A stretch of DNA of 64,000 nucleotides from positions 1,341 to 65,340 of IMG/VR virus record IMGVR_UViG_3300030113_000006. One strand, written 5' to 3'. The notes under the pieces are model-generated. The model searched no databases. It was not told the DNA's origin and saw nothing but the letters and a program-made list of their open reading frames with translations. Of this stretch, positions 42,469-51,940 are shown piece after piece. A program made the position numbers and the translations under genes. Every line of letters begins with the position of its first letter. Position 1 is the first letter of the stretch. This DNA is from a virus (Duplodnaviria > Caudoviricetes).

Positions 42469-43486
42469 GCTGTAATCCAGAAGGAGAAGACGTAACCCTA
42501 TAACTAACAATCGTGCCAGCTTCATCTGAATTTGGGGTGGTGGGTGGGGTAGATGAGGGGCTAATTTGTAATGGGCAAATACTTTCCATTAGTTGTAATT
42601 CTTTTCTTTTTAGATCTTTAGAGCAATGATGTAATATGTTTTTTATATCATTTTGTGGATGATAGCTTTTAAATTTATGTAGCACTTTTAGCGCCAATGT
42701 TTTTTCTTTATTGGGTTCTTGTAAGACAGCAGGGATAGGTGGAGGTATTACGATAGATGGTGGTGTTGCTAATAGATGGTCGCTTTCAGATATCTCCCTT
42801 TCAAATTTGTTTAATATAGACATTTGGTTAAAAGCAGTTTCTAGATCAAAGGTACTACCGTATTTACTTAAGGCTTTACATTTTTCTGTGGTTTTTTGTA
42901 ATTTATTTAATAGAAATTCTTGTTGCTCCAGAAATACTTCCAGATCAGCTTCGTACAACAGTGCATCTAGTACTCTTTTCCAGTCTGATGAACACGATCC
43001 AATATCTCTCGATGGTGGTTTTCGTAGGTTATTTATACAAAAATCAATTACTCTTCTAATTGTTTGCCTTGTTACAGTATATCCTTGTTCCCTAAAGACC
43101 ATTTCTAATTCCATCTCACGTTTTTTTGTTAAAAAAAAGTCTGGGTCACCAAAGATACACAAACAACAACCTTTAATAAGGGTTTTAGCCAAGAAACTAG
43201 TAACACCTCCAGAGGTTAACACAGAAAGATAGAGAGAAACTATAGGTTGAAGTTGTTGTGGTATTGGCATTGCTAATGCTAAAGATATAAATGATTGTTG
43301 CACAAGTATATTATTTAAAAATAAAATTAATCCGCTTGCTACCCCTACGATTATAGCGACAATTCTAATTGTGCTTCTTATTACGTGCTTACCGCTTAAT
43401 AGTGCGTTTAATTGATTTTTAAGATCGATAAACGGACAAAGTAAAAATTGTATTAATTGTGTGTTAAAAATTAATTCGTGTGTCAT
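42407..43486 (-). CDS. Hypothetical membrane protein (2 TM, coiled coil, Pro/Ser-rich tail)
   Basis: 359-aa ORF with hydrophobic segments near aa 40-60 and 80-100. Confidence 0.6.
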   Translation of the reverse strand: MTHELIFNTQLIQFLLCPFIDLKNQLNALLSGKHVIRSTIRIVAIIVGVASGLILFLNNILVQQSFISLALAMPIPQQLQPIVSLYLSVLTSGGVTSFLAKTLIKGCCLCIFGDPDFFLTKKREMELEMVFREQGYTVTRQTIRRVIDFCINNLRKPPSRDIGSCSSDWKRVLDALLYEADLEVFLEQQEFLLNKLQKTTEKCKALSKYGSTFDLETAFNQMSILNKFEREISESDHLLATPPSIVIPPPIPAVLQEPNKEKTLALKVLHKFKSYHPQNDIKNILHHCSKDLKRKELQLMESICPLQISPSSTPPTTPNSDEAGTIVSYRVTSSPSGLQPKPDREHRRNSYSGRPRLVL

Positions 43487-43586
43487 TGCACAATTATAGT
43501 TGACATTGGAACATATATTATTTGATAAAATTTTTACTTTGTTGTATTGTTCTTATTTAAATAATTTTATGTGTAAGGGAAAAAAC

Positions 43587-44069
43587 ATGATACGTAAATC
43601 CTTGGAGCCAAACAAGATGATTGCTAAATATAGAAAAACAGGTAGTAAGAGAGCACCCAAAGGTAGTGTTTCTGCGGTTTGTTCTTTAAAACCAACAACA
43701 AGAAATAAATCAGTAACAAAGAAAACATCTAAAACAACCACAAAGAAAGGCGCTAGTAAAATAATTACTAAAGGGTTGGCCATGAAAACAAAACGAATAG
43801 TTGCCCAAAGATTAGTTAAAATTTTAAAAGATGGATTTAAAAAAATTAGCAAGAAGAAAGCAACCAAGAAATCAGCTAGAGCAGCTATCAAAATAAGGCA
43901 ACCAAGAGGGCAACTAAAAAAGAAACAAAAAAAAACAATTAAGAAGCCAAATAATAAACGAATTAATAAACTAAACAAAGATTCATTTTATAAAGAACTA
44001 CAAGCGGTAAGGAATGTTATTCACAAAACGCCACCGCTAGGAAAAACAATAGTAATAGATAATACCTAA
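43587..44069 (+). CDS. Lys-rich histone H1-like basic protein
   Basis: Very K/R-rich (KKTSKTTTKK, KKKATKKSARAA, KKKQKKTIKK); start chosen after AAGGGA. Confidence 0.5.
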   Translation: MIRKSLEPNKMIAKYRKTGSKRAPKGSVSAVCSLKPTTRNKSVTKKTSKTTTKKGASKIITKGLAMKTKRIVAQRLVKILKDGFKKISKKKATKKSARAAIKIRQPRGQLKKKQKKTIKKPNNKRINKLNKDSFYKELQAVRNVIHKTPPLGKTIVIDNT

Positions 44070-44114
44070 CTCCTAATATCTAATAGTAGCAACAGCGGTA
44101 TAGAGGAGATGGTC

Positions 44115-45107
44115 TCAAAAAAAGTCATTCATCCCAAGGTTGTTTTTTTTAAGTAATTCTATTAATGCCTCAATTGCACTGGTTTGATGTTTGCGTACAC
44201 ACTCATGGCTCATGTGGGCATCCTTACCCATTTTTTGTAAGCTTTGTATTTCCTCTCCAAATAGTCCAAACCTTTTAGCTAATAAAGTAAAGTGTTCTTT
44301 AGATAATTGCGATAAACACTTATGTAACATTTTTTTTGATTGTGTGTCTTCCGCTTGTTTTTCTAATGGTTGTATCTTCTCGTCTGGTATACCATCTATT
44401 AATGGTTCATCAGACGAAGGTCGTTCGGCATTTAATGAAATTGAATCCCCGCAAATTCCCGCAAGGCTAAATACTTTCGATATGCTTTTATTTAGTCTTT
44501 GGGCAATCTCCCTTATAGTTGGTTCGCGCTGTAGAGTAGTAGTTAATTTTTTTTTCTTATGTAAAAATTTATGTATCTCATTTATGATATGTATTGGTAA
44601 CCTTACTGAACGAGAGGTATTCTTTATTGTTCTCTCTATGTTTTGTCTAATCCACCAGGTAGCATATGTTGAAAACCTAAAACCTTTTTGGGGGTCAAAT
44701 TTTTCAATTGCCTTAATTAACCCTAAGTTACCTTCTTGTACTAAATCTAATAATGATATTCCATAGCCAGTATATTTTTTTGCTATATTGATAACCAATC
44801 TAAGGTTGTGTTTAATTATTTGTTGTCTAGCCTCTTTGTTTCCGTTGGCAGCTAGCACGGTATAATGTATTTCCTCTTGTAGAGTAAAAATTGATAATGA
44901 TTTTAATTCTTTCACGAACATCCCCAAAAGATCGTATTCTTCTTTTTCTATTTGTTCTTGTGCTATAATTCGTTTAGATTTTTTTTTAGGTATGTTTATT
45001 TGATTTGTAGTATTAAGTTTTGTTGATTCATAGACAATATTACTAGTTTCCTCTGTAATTAATAATTGGAAAATGTCGTCATGTTCTGGTGTCATCAATA
45101 AATCCAT
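44115..45107 (-). CDS. rpoS: Sigma-70 family factor, RpoS-like
   Basis: NLRLV..IAK.Y, DL.QEGNLGL..A.EKFDP.KGFRFSTYATWWIRQ.IER, RLPIHI (RpoS-type residues); region 4 is divergent. Confidence 0.85.
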   Translation of the reverse strand: MDLLMTPEHDDIFQLLITEETSNIVYESTKLNTTNQINIPKKKSKRIIAQEQIEKEEYDLLGMFVKELKSLSIFTLQEEIHYTVLAANGNKEARQQIIKHNLRLVINIAKKYTGYGISLLDLVQEGNLGLIKAIEKFDPQKGFRFSTYATWWIRQNIERTIKNTSRSVRLPIHIINEIHKFLHKKKKLTTTLQREPTIREIAQRLNKSISKVFSLAGICGDSISLNAERPSSDEPLIDGIPDEKIQPLEKQAEDTQSKKMLHKCLSQLSKEHFTLLAKRFGLFGEEIQSLQKMGKDAHMSHECVRKHQTSAIEALIELLKKNNLGMNDFF

Positions 45108-45168
45108 TTATTATTAGGCTGGCATAAGATGTAAGTATAATGAATAGCAGCTAGAGGTCAAGGGTTTT

Positions 45169-45460
45169 ATGAGTATACTTATTCCAAGACTTATTAGATT
45201 GAGGGGTGCGTCTAATTGTCTTGGTATGGATCGTAATCGTTTTAATAAAGAGGTAAGACCATTTCTTAGTAGGGATATCTATAGGGGTACAAGGCATAGC
45301 ATTTGATAGAATTGATCTAGATAAGTTGTTCCGATAACTATAAAGCAGAAAATGGACGCAATAGCACTGGCAGCGAGCAAAATAGGATGTATATTGCTAG
45401 AACTGAACGAAGATTTAATGATAATGATTTTAACAAGGCATTAGCTATTGTTACCAATTT
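45169..45460 (+). pseudogene. Frameshifted excisionase-like gene
   Basis: MSILIPRLIRLRGASNCLGMDRNRFNKEVRPFL, then in another frame IGVQGIAFDRIDLD, then YKAENGR: pieces of an integrase-associated small DNA-binding protein. Confidence 0.6.
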
Positions 45461-45493
45461 TGTTAGTAATCTCAATATAAATGGTTTTATCAT

Positions 45494-45811
45494 TTATATT
45501 TTTTTGTTACTATACAATAACTCATATAATTTTTCTATATCACAATATAATGGTGGCCAATTAAGGTGAATATGTACTTTATTAATATTATTAAACAATT
45601 CAGCAAGCAATATATCTTGTTCGTGTGTTTTTGGTCCGTGCTCATCTTCAAAATAATTGAAAAACGATATAATTATTTCTTTAAGGCTATTTTCTAGAAA
45701 ATCTATTAAATTAAAGGATTCAACTATTTTGTTTTTTAAATCTCTCTTTAGTTTGTATGCTTTTGGTTCATTATTTTGTTCGTTATATGATGGTGCCACT
45801 GTTTTTGTCAT
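45494..45811 (-). CDS. Hypothetical protein
   Basis: CAGGAG RBS. Confidence 0.5.
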   Translation of the reverse strand: MTKTVAPSYNEQNNEPKAYKLKRDLKNKIVESFNLIDFLENSLKEIIISFFNYFEDEHGPKTHEQDILLAELFNNINKVHIHLNWPPLYCDIEKLYELLYSNKKI

Positions 45812-45858
45812 TTTATCTCCTGTTTTGATTTATATATTATTTATGTTATTTTTTATTC

Positions 45859-46350
45859 TCAGAACCCCTTAATCAACACCTGCATTAAATAATTATCAGA
45901 TAGTAAATATTCATTGATATATTGTTCTAAATAATTTATTTGTGCTGGATTATATTTCTGCCACCCAGATAAGTAACAAAGAAAGTCATATATACTATCA
46001 CGATCTAGACATTCTATTAGGTTATAGCCATAAGAAATTTGATTAACCATCTCGTGTTGTAGTGTTGGGTTTGTTTGAAGATTAATGTTTTTTACAACAC
46101 TTGCTTGATGAGTATTAAGACCTATTATAAATTTTTCTACCATTTGTGTTGGTATTTCATTTTTGGTGACGGGGATGTTGTTGGAAGCAAGCATGCCTAA
46201 ACCAACTAAATATCCTTTGGCCTCGCTGGCTGCTGTTGCGCAATTACCGTAGTGCTGAATGGGGTTTGATTTATAATTCTCGCTCCAAAGCTCAACTATT
46301 AATTGAGCTTTGATAATGGCTAACCAGTATTCGTGCCTAAAATTATTCAT
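45859..46350 (-). CDS. Hypothetical protein
   Basis: CAGGA RBS; 163 aa. Confidence 0.55.
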   Translation of the reverse strand: MNNFRHEYWLAIIKAQLIVELWSENYKSNPIQHYGNCATAASEAKGYLVGLGMLASNNIPVTKNEIPTQMVEKFIIGLNTHQASVVKNINLQTNPTLQHEMVNQISYGYNLIECLDRDSIYDFLCYLSGWQKYNPAQINYLEQYINEYLLSDNYLMQVLIKGF

Positions 46351-46670
46351 ATTTATTTCCTGTGTTTGTTTTAAGGTTTCCTATCTCTTATTGTTTATTA
46401 ACATCATTATTTGTTAACCCAAATATTTTTAATAGTATTATCAAGCTATCAATCGTAGTAGTAAAGTTTTTTTTTGTTTTACGGCGGTTGTGTTTGCCAA
46501 TCTTACTTGGGCCAGATAAAAAAATTTTTACTGGGTGTGCTCGTGAAGTAAACATATTTATCGGCTAATAATAAATATAAAAGTAAATTTATAAGTTGTT
46601 GAATTTATTATTTATAATAATATAATTTTATACTTTAAACAATACACAAGCGCTTACAAGGATTTTTAAT

Positions 46671-47159
46671 ATGTTGAAAAGAGACAGGAGCAATGCCCAA
46701 GAAAGCTTATTCTACTATTCAAACCATAAAAAAGCAAAGACAAACAGTTTATATGAACAAGAAATTACACAAGATGGAAGGCCAACAAGTAGTAACCAAA
46801 GCAATAATAACGATACAGATAATAAAATTAAAATGATATACAATAGCTATACTAAATGCAGAGGTACTCCACAACTCTTACAAATATTTTGCAGTAAATG
46901 TAATAATTATATTATGACTTATCAAAAAGATGGTCCTGGTGAATTATTACGTTGCTACCTTGATAGAATCCATTTGCCTAAAGAGCTTAATAAAAGGCAA
47001 TTTGAACATTTCAAAAAATCTGAAGCACCTAAATTAGAGTGCAGTACATGTGATTCTGTTATTGGTGTTCCAATGATCTATGAAAGGGAAAACAGGCCAG
47101 CCTATAGAATGAATAAAGGCAAAAGTTTTTTTAAAAAAATCGGTCTCAATTTGCGGTAA
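46671..47159 (+). CDS. Zn-ribbon protein of unknown function
   Basis: CSKC...YQKDGPG.L.R.YLDRI...CSTC...IG.PM.YE.E.R.AY. Confidence 0.65.
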   Translation: MLKRDRSNAQESLFYYSNHKKAKTNSLYEQEITQDGRPTSSNQSNNNDTDNKIKMIYNSYTKCRGTPQLLQIFCSKCNNYIMTYQKDGPGELLRCYLDRIHLPKELNKRQFEHFKKSEAPKLECSTCDSVIGVPMIYERENRPAYRMNKGKSFFKKIGLNLR

Positions 47160-47178
47160 TTTGAGCTATATTTCTATA

Positions 47179-47547
47179 TTAGCAAACACAGCGGTTATTG
47201 TTAAAGAGTTTATCAGGGAAAGCTAATTGTTTAACTATAATTGTTATTAAGTAAATAATAGTTGATGAAAAAAATAGTTTATAGTCTGTCTCATCCAAAG
47301 ATTTATCAATAAAAGAATGTATATCTATATAATTTTGTTCACCAACGATCCCTAGTATTTGGGTATCTATAGCAGCCGTAATAATGGCCTCCTCGTTTTT
47401 ATAATTAGCAAGACATTTATTTATTAATTCAAGAAGGTGAGGGTTAACTATTTTGTTTAAATGTAATGAAGCTCCTTCCTGGATATTTATTTTACTTTTT
47501 TTACTTTGTGTTGTTTTAAATTTTACGTTTATTATTTTGTCGCTCAT
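47179..47547 (-). CDS. Hypothetical protein
   Basis: GAGGA RBS. Confidence 0.45.
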   Translation of the reverse strand: MSDKIINVKFKTTQSKKSKINIQEGASLHLNKIVNPHLLELINKCLANYKNEEAIITAAIDTQILGIVGEQNYIDIHSFIDKSLDETDYKLFFSSTIIYLITIIVKQLAFPDKLFNNNRCVC

Positions 47548-47566
47548 AGTTTTATCCTCTTAATTT

Positions 47567-47743
47567 TTACATTTTGTGGATGAATGTTTTTGATCTGTCT
47601 ACTATTAGTTGGGCTTTGATTTTAGCAATCTCTTTGATGTTTGTTGTTAATTGTTTGCTCCTAATTATTGCTATTCCTACTAGGAAAGCACAAATCATTA
47701 ATATTGTTGCGTGCCATAATACTATTGTCTTGATTGTGTTCAT
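47567..47743 (-). CDS. Small membrane protein (58 aa; not in ORF track)
   Basis: AGGAGG RBS; MNTIKTIVLWHATILMICAFLVGIAII..., one TM helix. Confidence 0.5.
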   Translation of the reverse strand: MNTIKTIVLWHATILMICAFLVGIAIIRSKQLTTNIKEIAKIKAQLIVDRSKTFIHKM

Positions 47744-47887
47744 AATTTGGTCCTCCTGTTATAATTACATAATTACATAACCGCACCAGCTTGTCAACAC
47801 CCTTTAAGAAATATTTTCAAGCAATGGTACTTTATTACCGATCGTTGACAAAGTTATACGATTGGCTTATTATTTTGGTATAATTGT

Positions 47888-47908
47888 TGACCAACTATTA
47901 GTTGGTCA
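47888..47908. promoter_or_regulatory. Operator-like palindrome upstream of the terS-like gene
   Basis: tgaccaacta-t-tagttggtca, perfect 10-bp arms. Confidence 0.5.
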
Positions 47909-48029
47909 GGATGTTTAGTTAACCAGTAAGATATAGGTCGACGGATGATCGAAAAAATTTTATTGTAATATAGTTAACTGAACGAACATTATCGTCAAAC
48001 ATTCAGCTATCTAAATTAGTTAACCAACT

Positions 48030-48512
48030 ATGTATAAAAAAGGTGAATCAGGAAATCCAGGGGGAAAACCGCGCGCTTTAGGCGTTCCAAATTATATTCC
48101 TTTCTTACAAAAGAAATACGAGCCAATAGCGCTTGAGCTATACTATCGTAAATCTATCGAGCTGGCACAAAAGGAGGGCGCCTCCATAGCTGACTTGGAC
48201 GGCATTAGAACCATCTACAATGGCACTAATAGAAAAAGGGCTGCGTGCGTACCCATAAATCTCGTAGGCACACTCCAAGAGCAAATAAACAGCATTAAAC
48301 AGGCAACCACAGAAGGAAGACTCACCCCCCAGGAAGTATTTAGTTTAATGAACGCGGTAGCACAAGAGGCTAAGGTTATAGAAACTACTGTGCTAATGAA
48401 GGAAATAGAAGATATAAAGGAAAAAATGGAGAGTAACACCATTATATCTACCAGCGAACCTATAATAGATGATGTAGTAAGTGAATCTATTTGCGCTGGT
48501 CTTTCTAACTAA
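48030..48512 (+). CDS. DUF5681-like protein, candidate terminase small subunit
   Basis: N-terminal KKGESGNPGGKP; G.LTP.E......; C-terminal E...L...IE. Confidence 0.6.
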   Translation: MYKKGESGNPGGKPRALGVPNYIPFLQKKYEPIALELYYRKSIELAQKEGASIADLDGIRTIYNGTNRKRAACVPINLVGTLQEQINSIKQATTEGRLTPQEVFSLMNAVAQEAKVIETTVLMKEIEDIKEKMESNTIISTSEPIIDDVVSESICAGLSN

Positions 48513-48896
48513 CAACGGTATGATTACTATACATGGAATCATACTTGAAGGTTTTTTCTATATAGAATATGGAGTTATTGTTTTTCTTATATAATTGTAC
48601 CCCGACTTGATATCCCCTATAAATAAAACTTTAAACTATTTAAGGCTTACAGTTATACTAATAACTAACTATAGAATAAATATAATTTCCAAAATTTTTA
48701 AAACTAGCCAGCCAACCAATATTAAGGGGTATACCCCAGATTTGCGCGCCAAGTTTTCTTCGGATCCCACAATGTAAGTTCGACCCTATTCCATACCCCT
48801 TTTCTATTTAGTTATATGACTAACATTATCTTATTGTCTAGTGATTTCAATTATGCTATTAGTACACTAAGATAACAACCATTAACTGGAGAACTT

Positions 48897-49646
48897 ATGG
48901 GTAAAGAAGAAGATTTAATGAAGGCCGCTGAGGTAAATAAAATAATAGATCAAGCCGATAAGCTTGCGCAGGTAGAAAGATATAAGGATGCTATCTGTTT
49001 AATGGAAAAAGCTACCAAAGTTGGGTGCCCAGATTTCCTTATGATTATGTTGATTAAGGGTACACAGGCGCGATATGAGGCTGCTCTCGAGAAGCAACAA
49101 AAGACACAAGAACAACAGGAGCTGCAACAGCAAGAGCACGATCTTGGTGAGCAGGCAGAGGGGGGTAAGGAAGCAAGCAACGACTTTTTCGCATCCTTAG
49201 CACCTGGTATCCATTATGGGTACGACAACGGTACTCCTGCTATTGAAAAACCTGTAAGTCCTGAAACCAAAAGTTTTTACGATTTATTGACCCCTGGGAT
49301 TCATCCGAGTGCGCCAGGTTCAATTTTGCATAAATTCAGTTCATCAGAGAGATTTCACCCTTATAGCTCACAGTCTTCTAGTAGTAGCGGTGATAAAGTA
49401 GAATTAAAACCTGCTAAAGATGTTACAGCTGAATCTCATGTGGTATGTGTAAAAGACCAACAAATAATTAGAGCTGAACAGCTTAATGGCACGATTAAAG
49501 GTGCAGCTGTTAAGGTACCTGAGGCAATTATAACAGAAAATCCTGAATGTATTGTTAAAGGCGCTGTAAGTGGATTTGTAAAGGGTTCACTAATTGGTAA
49601 CGCCAAAGCAGGGCAATCTTGTGTGTTGGCATTACCAAGACCATAA
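48897..49646 (+). CDS. Hypothetical protein (helical/TPR-like N-terminus, low-complexity middle)
   Basis: GGAG RBS; repeated F...L.PGIH and duplicated IKGA/VKGA segments. Confidence 0.6.
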   Translation: MGKEEDLMKAAEVNKIIDQADKLAQVERYKDAICLMEKATKVGCPDFLMIMLIKGTQARYEAALEKQQKTQEQQELQQQEHDLGEQAEGGKEASNDFFASLAPGIHYGYDNGTPAIEKPVSPETKSFYDLLTPGIHPSAPGSILHKFSSSERFHPYSSQSSSSSGDKVELKPAKDVTAESHVVCVKDQQIIRAEQLNGTIKGAAVKVPEAIITENPECIVKGAVSGFVKGSLIGNAKAGQSCVLALPRP

Positions 49647-50349
49647 CATTATTAATATTGTTAACAAGGATGTTGACATTATTAATAATGACTACGAAGC
49701 AGTAGTTTATGATATACCTACGCCAAAACCCGTTGCTAATCCTAATGAACAACAAGTGTATTGGTTATTCGGTAGCAAACCTAAGAGAAAGACAAGGCGA
49801 ACAATAAGAATATGGTTGAATTGTATCATTTCGATTGCATTAATTATTGATTTATATTTCATTAGAATAAATCTGAATCACATTTGCATATTTACTGTGC
49901 ATTGTTTAGTTATAAATATCCCCATAATTAAACCTGGTAAAAACGACTGGTTAACGGGTGGGTGGGGTTGTATATGAATCTAGGCATCAACAATTAATTA
50001 AACGTGCTTTTTAAAGAATTAAGGTGTTTTGTCATAACCCTTCCTGTTTAGGAGTATAGAGTGTAGCCAATTCTGTCAAGCTGTCTAAAGTACTAATAAA
50101 ATCTTCTTAGTGTTAAGCTAATCAAAAACGAATGTTAATTGGGTCTTCCATAGGATAAGCACGAACTCTATTAGGCAATCCGTGCCTCTTGTTTGGATAA
50201 CAGTATATGCTGTTTACTGTTTAACATTATTTTTAACCATATTTTAAATTTACAGGAATGAATATAAAATATAATATCAGTATACAGGAGGTAATATTAG
50301 ATTGCAAACAATTATTTATTGTTGCTTATAGGGCTGTATTGGGTGGTCA

Positions 50350-50901
50350 TTAGGAATCAGTTAATAGTTTATCGATGTACCTTCTTTTCTTAATTGTGAT
50401 AGTAGGTTTTATTGTGTTCCGCCCGTTTATATTATTACTTGTCGTATTATAATTTGTTTTACGCTTTAAAGCATTTTCTGGCATAAATCTTTTGTTAATT
50501 GGTGGTACGTATTTATTATTGTTATCATCCATTACAAAAGGAGCCTTGTGTTTCGTGTAACCTTTGTTTGTATGCCCTTTATCCTTATGACCCCATTTGT
50601 TGGTTAGTATGCTTACAAATCTTATGTTTACAGCCTTAAGTCTACCATCCTCTTGTTTTATTACATCGTAGGTTACCTTAAGGTGGTTTATATCCTTAAA
50701 ATCTTTAGATGAAAAGAATACCATTGGTCCTGCCTTCTTGGGTCTGATAAATCCATACTCACGTAAGTAGAATGATTTTATTATACCTGTATTACCTGTT
50801 GCGGGATACTCTTCTTGTCCTTGCTGTAATGGTGCTTCTTGTTGTGGTTGTACTTGTTCCTTTATATTTACTGGTGCATCAGGAGTAGTTATATCTTCCA
50901 T
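50350..50901 (-). CDS. Cold-shock (OB-fold) domain protein
   Basis: TG.IK.F....YGFI.P......VFF, V.Y.......GRLKAVNI; basic C-terminal tail. Confidence 0.75.
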   Translation of the reverse strand: MEDITTPDAPVNIKEQVQPQQEAPLQQGQEEYPATGNTGIIKSFYLREYGFIRPKKAGPMVFFSSKDFKDINHLKVTYDVIKQEDGRLKAVNIRFVSILTNKWGHKDKGHTNKGYTKHKAPFVMDDNNNKYVPPINKRFMPENALKRKTNYNTTSNNINGRNTIKPTITIKKRRYIDKLLTDS

Positions 50902-51169
50902 TTTTATCCATTCCTATTTTATTTAGGTTGTATCTTGATAATATCAAACATCTTATCTAGGTTCTATATAGTCAGGTTGAAACATATAAAAAATTTACTA
51001 TTATTTCTATAATTAGAACATTAAATATTTAGTTCATAATTTTATCTCTGATTAGGTTTTTAATTTAAAACCAAGGTCTCAGGTTACGCCTGCCTTGGTT
51101 GTTCATTACTTAATTTATACTATATTGTATTATCCATAATACAATGATCCAATAATCTCCATAGTGGTT

Positions 51170-51361
51170 CTATAAATTTATATGGGGAATTTTAACCTTG
51201 AATACTTGATTTACCTTGATTGCCAAAGTATTTAAATTGTATATATAGAAATCCGATAGTATGCTTTCATCCGTTAAAATAAATTGCCTAGAACCATTGT
51301 CATCAAATCTTTCTTTATCTTTCCCTAGCACCAACTTACAGAGGGCGCGCAATCTATCCAT
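51170..51361 (-). CDS. Hypothetical protein
   Basis: 63-aa ORF co-directional with neighbours. Confidence 0.35.
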   Translation of the reverse strand: MDRLRALCKLVLGKDKERFDDNGSRQFILTDESILSDFYIYNLNTLAIKVNQVFKVKIPHINL

Positions 51362-51412
51362 TCTTTTTCCGATCTCTACAGTAGATGCTATCTTGAACTT
51401 AAGGCTAGCGTG

Positions 51413-51907
51413 CTAGAATGATTGTGCTAGATAGTTTAACTGGTTAGGTAATTTGTTTTTATCATTAGCCATATATATTGAATTATCCTTTATACATTTA
51501 ATTATAAAGTCTTTAAGAATCTTTGTGGCCCAGACCCTAAATTCAGTAGCTTGTTTAGAGTTGACCCTATAACCAACAGCAATAATAGCATCTAAGTTAT
51601 ACGCTTGCATTGTATAGTTTTTGCCATCTACAGCAGTACGTCGGAAATTCCGACAAACTGAATCTTTAGTCAATTCATCACTTTCAAATATATTTTTAAG
51701 ATGTTCGCTTATAGTTCTAACATTTACTCCAAACAACAAAGCTATTTTCTTTTGTGTAAGCCAAATATTTTCGCCACTATACAAAACATCTATTTTAACC
51801 TCACCATTTTTTGTGGTATATAATATGATTTCATTGATTATATCTTGTTTTATGTCTTGTTTTATGTCTTGTAAGTTAATACTATAATAATTAATATCGT
51901 CAAACAA
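51413..51907 (-). CDS. RhuM-family DNA-binding protein, N-terminal part only
   Basis: E.IWLTQK.IA.LFGV....ISEHLKNIF...EL, YNLDAIIAVGYRVNS..AT.FR.WAT..L; ends early. Confidence 0.85.
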   Translation of the reverse strand: MFDDINYYSINLQDIKQDIKQDIINEIILYTTKNGEVKIDVLYSGENIWLTQKKIALLFGVNVRTISEHLKNIFESDELTKDSVCRNFRRTAVDGKNYTMQAYNLDAIIAVGYRVNSKQATEFRVWATKILKDFIIKCIKDNSIYMANDKNKLPNQLNYLAQSF

Positions 51908-51940
51908 GAATCATTAGAAAGCACCATACAAGGGGTTATA

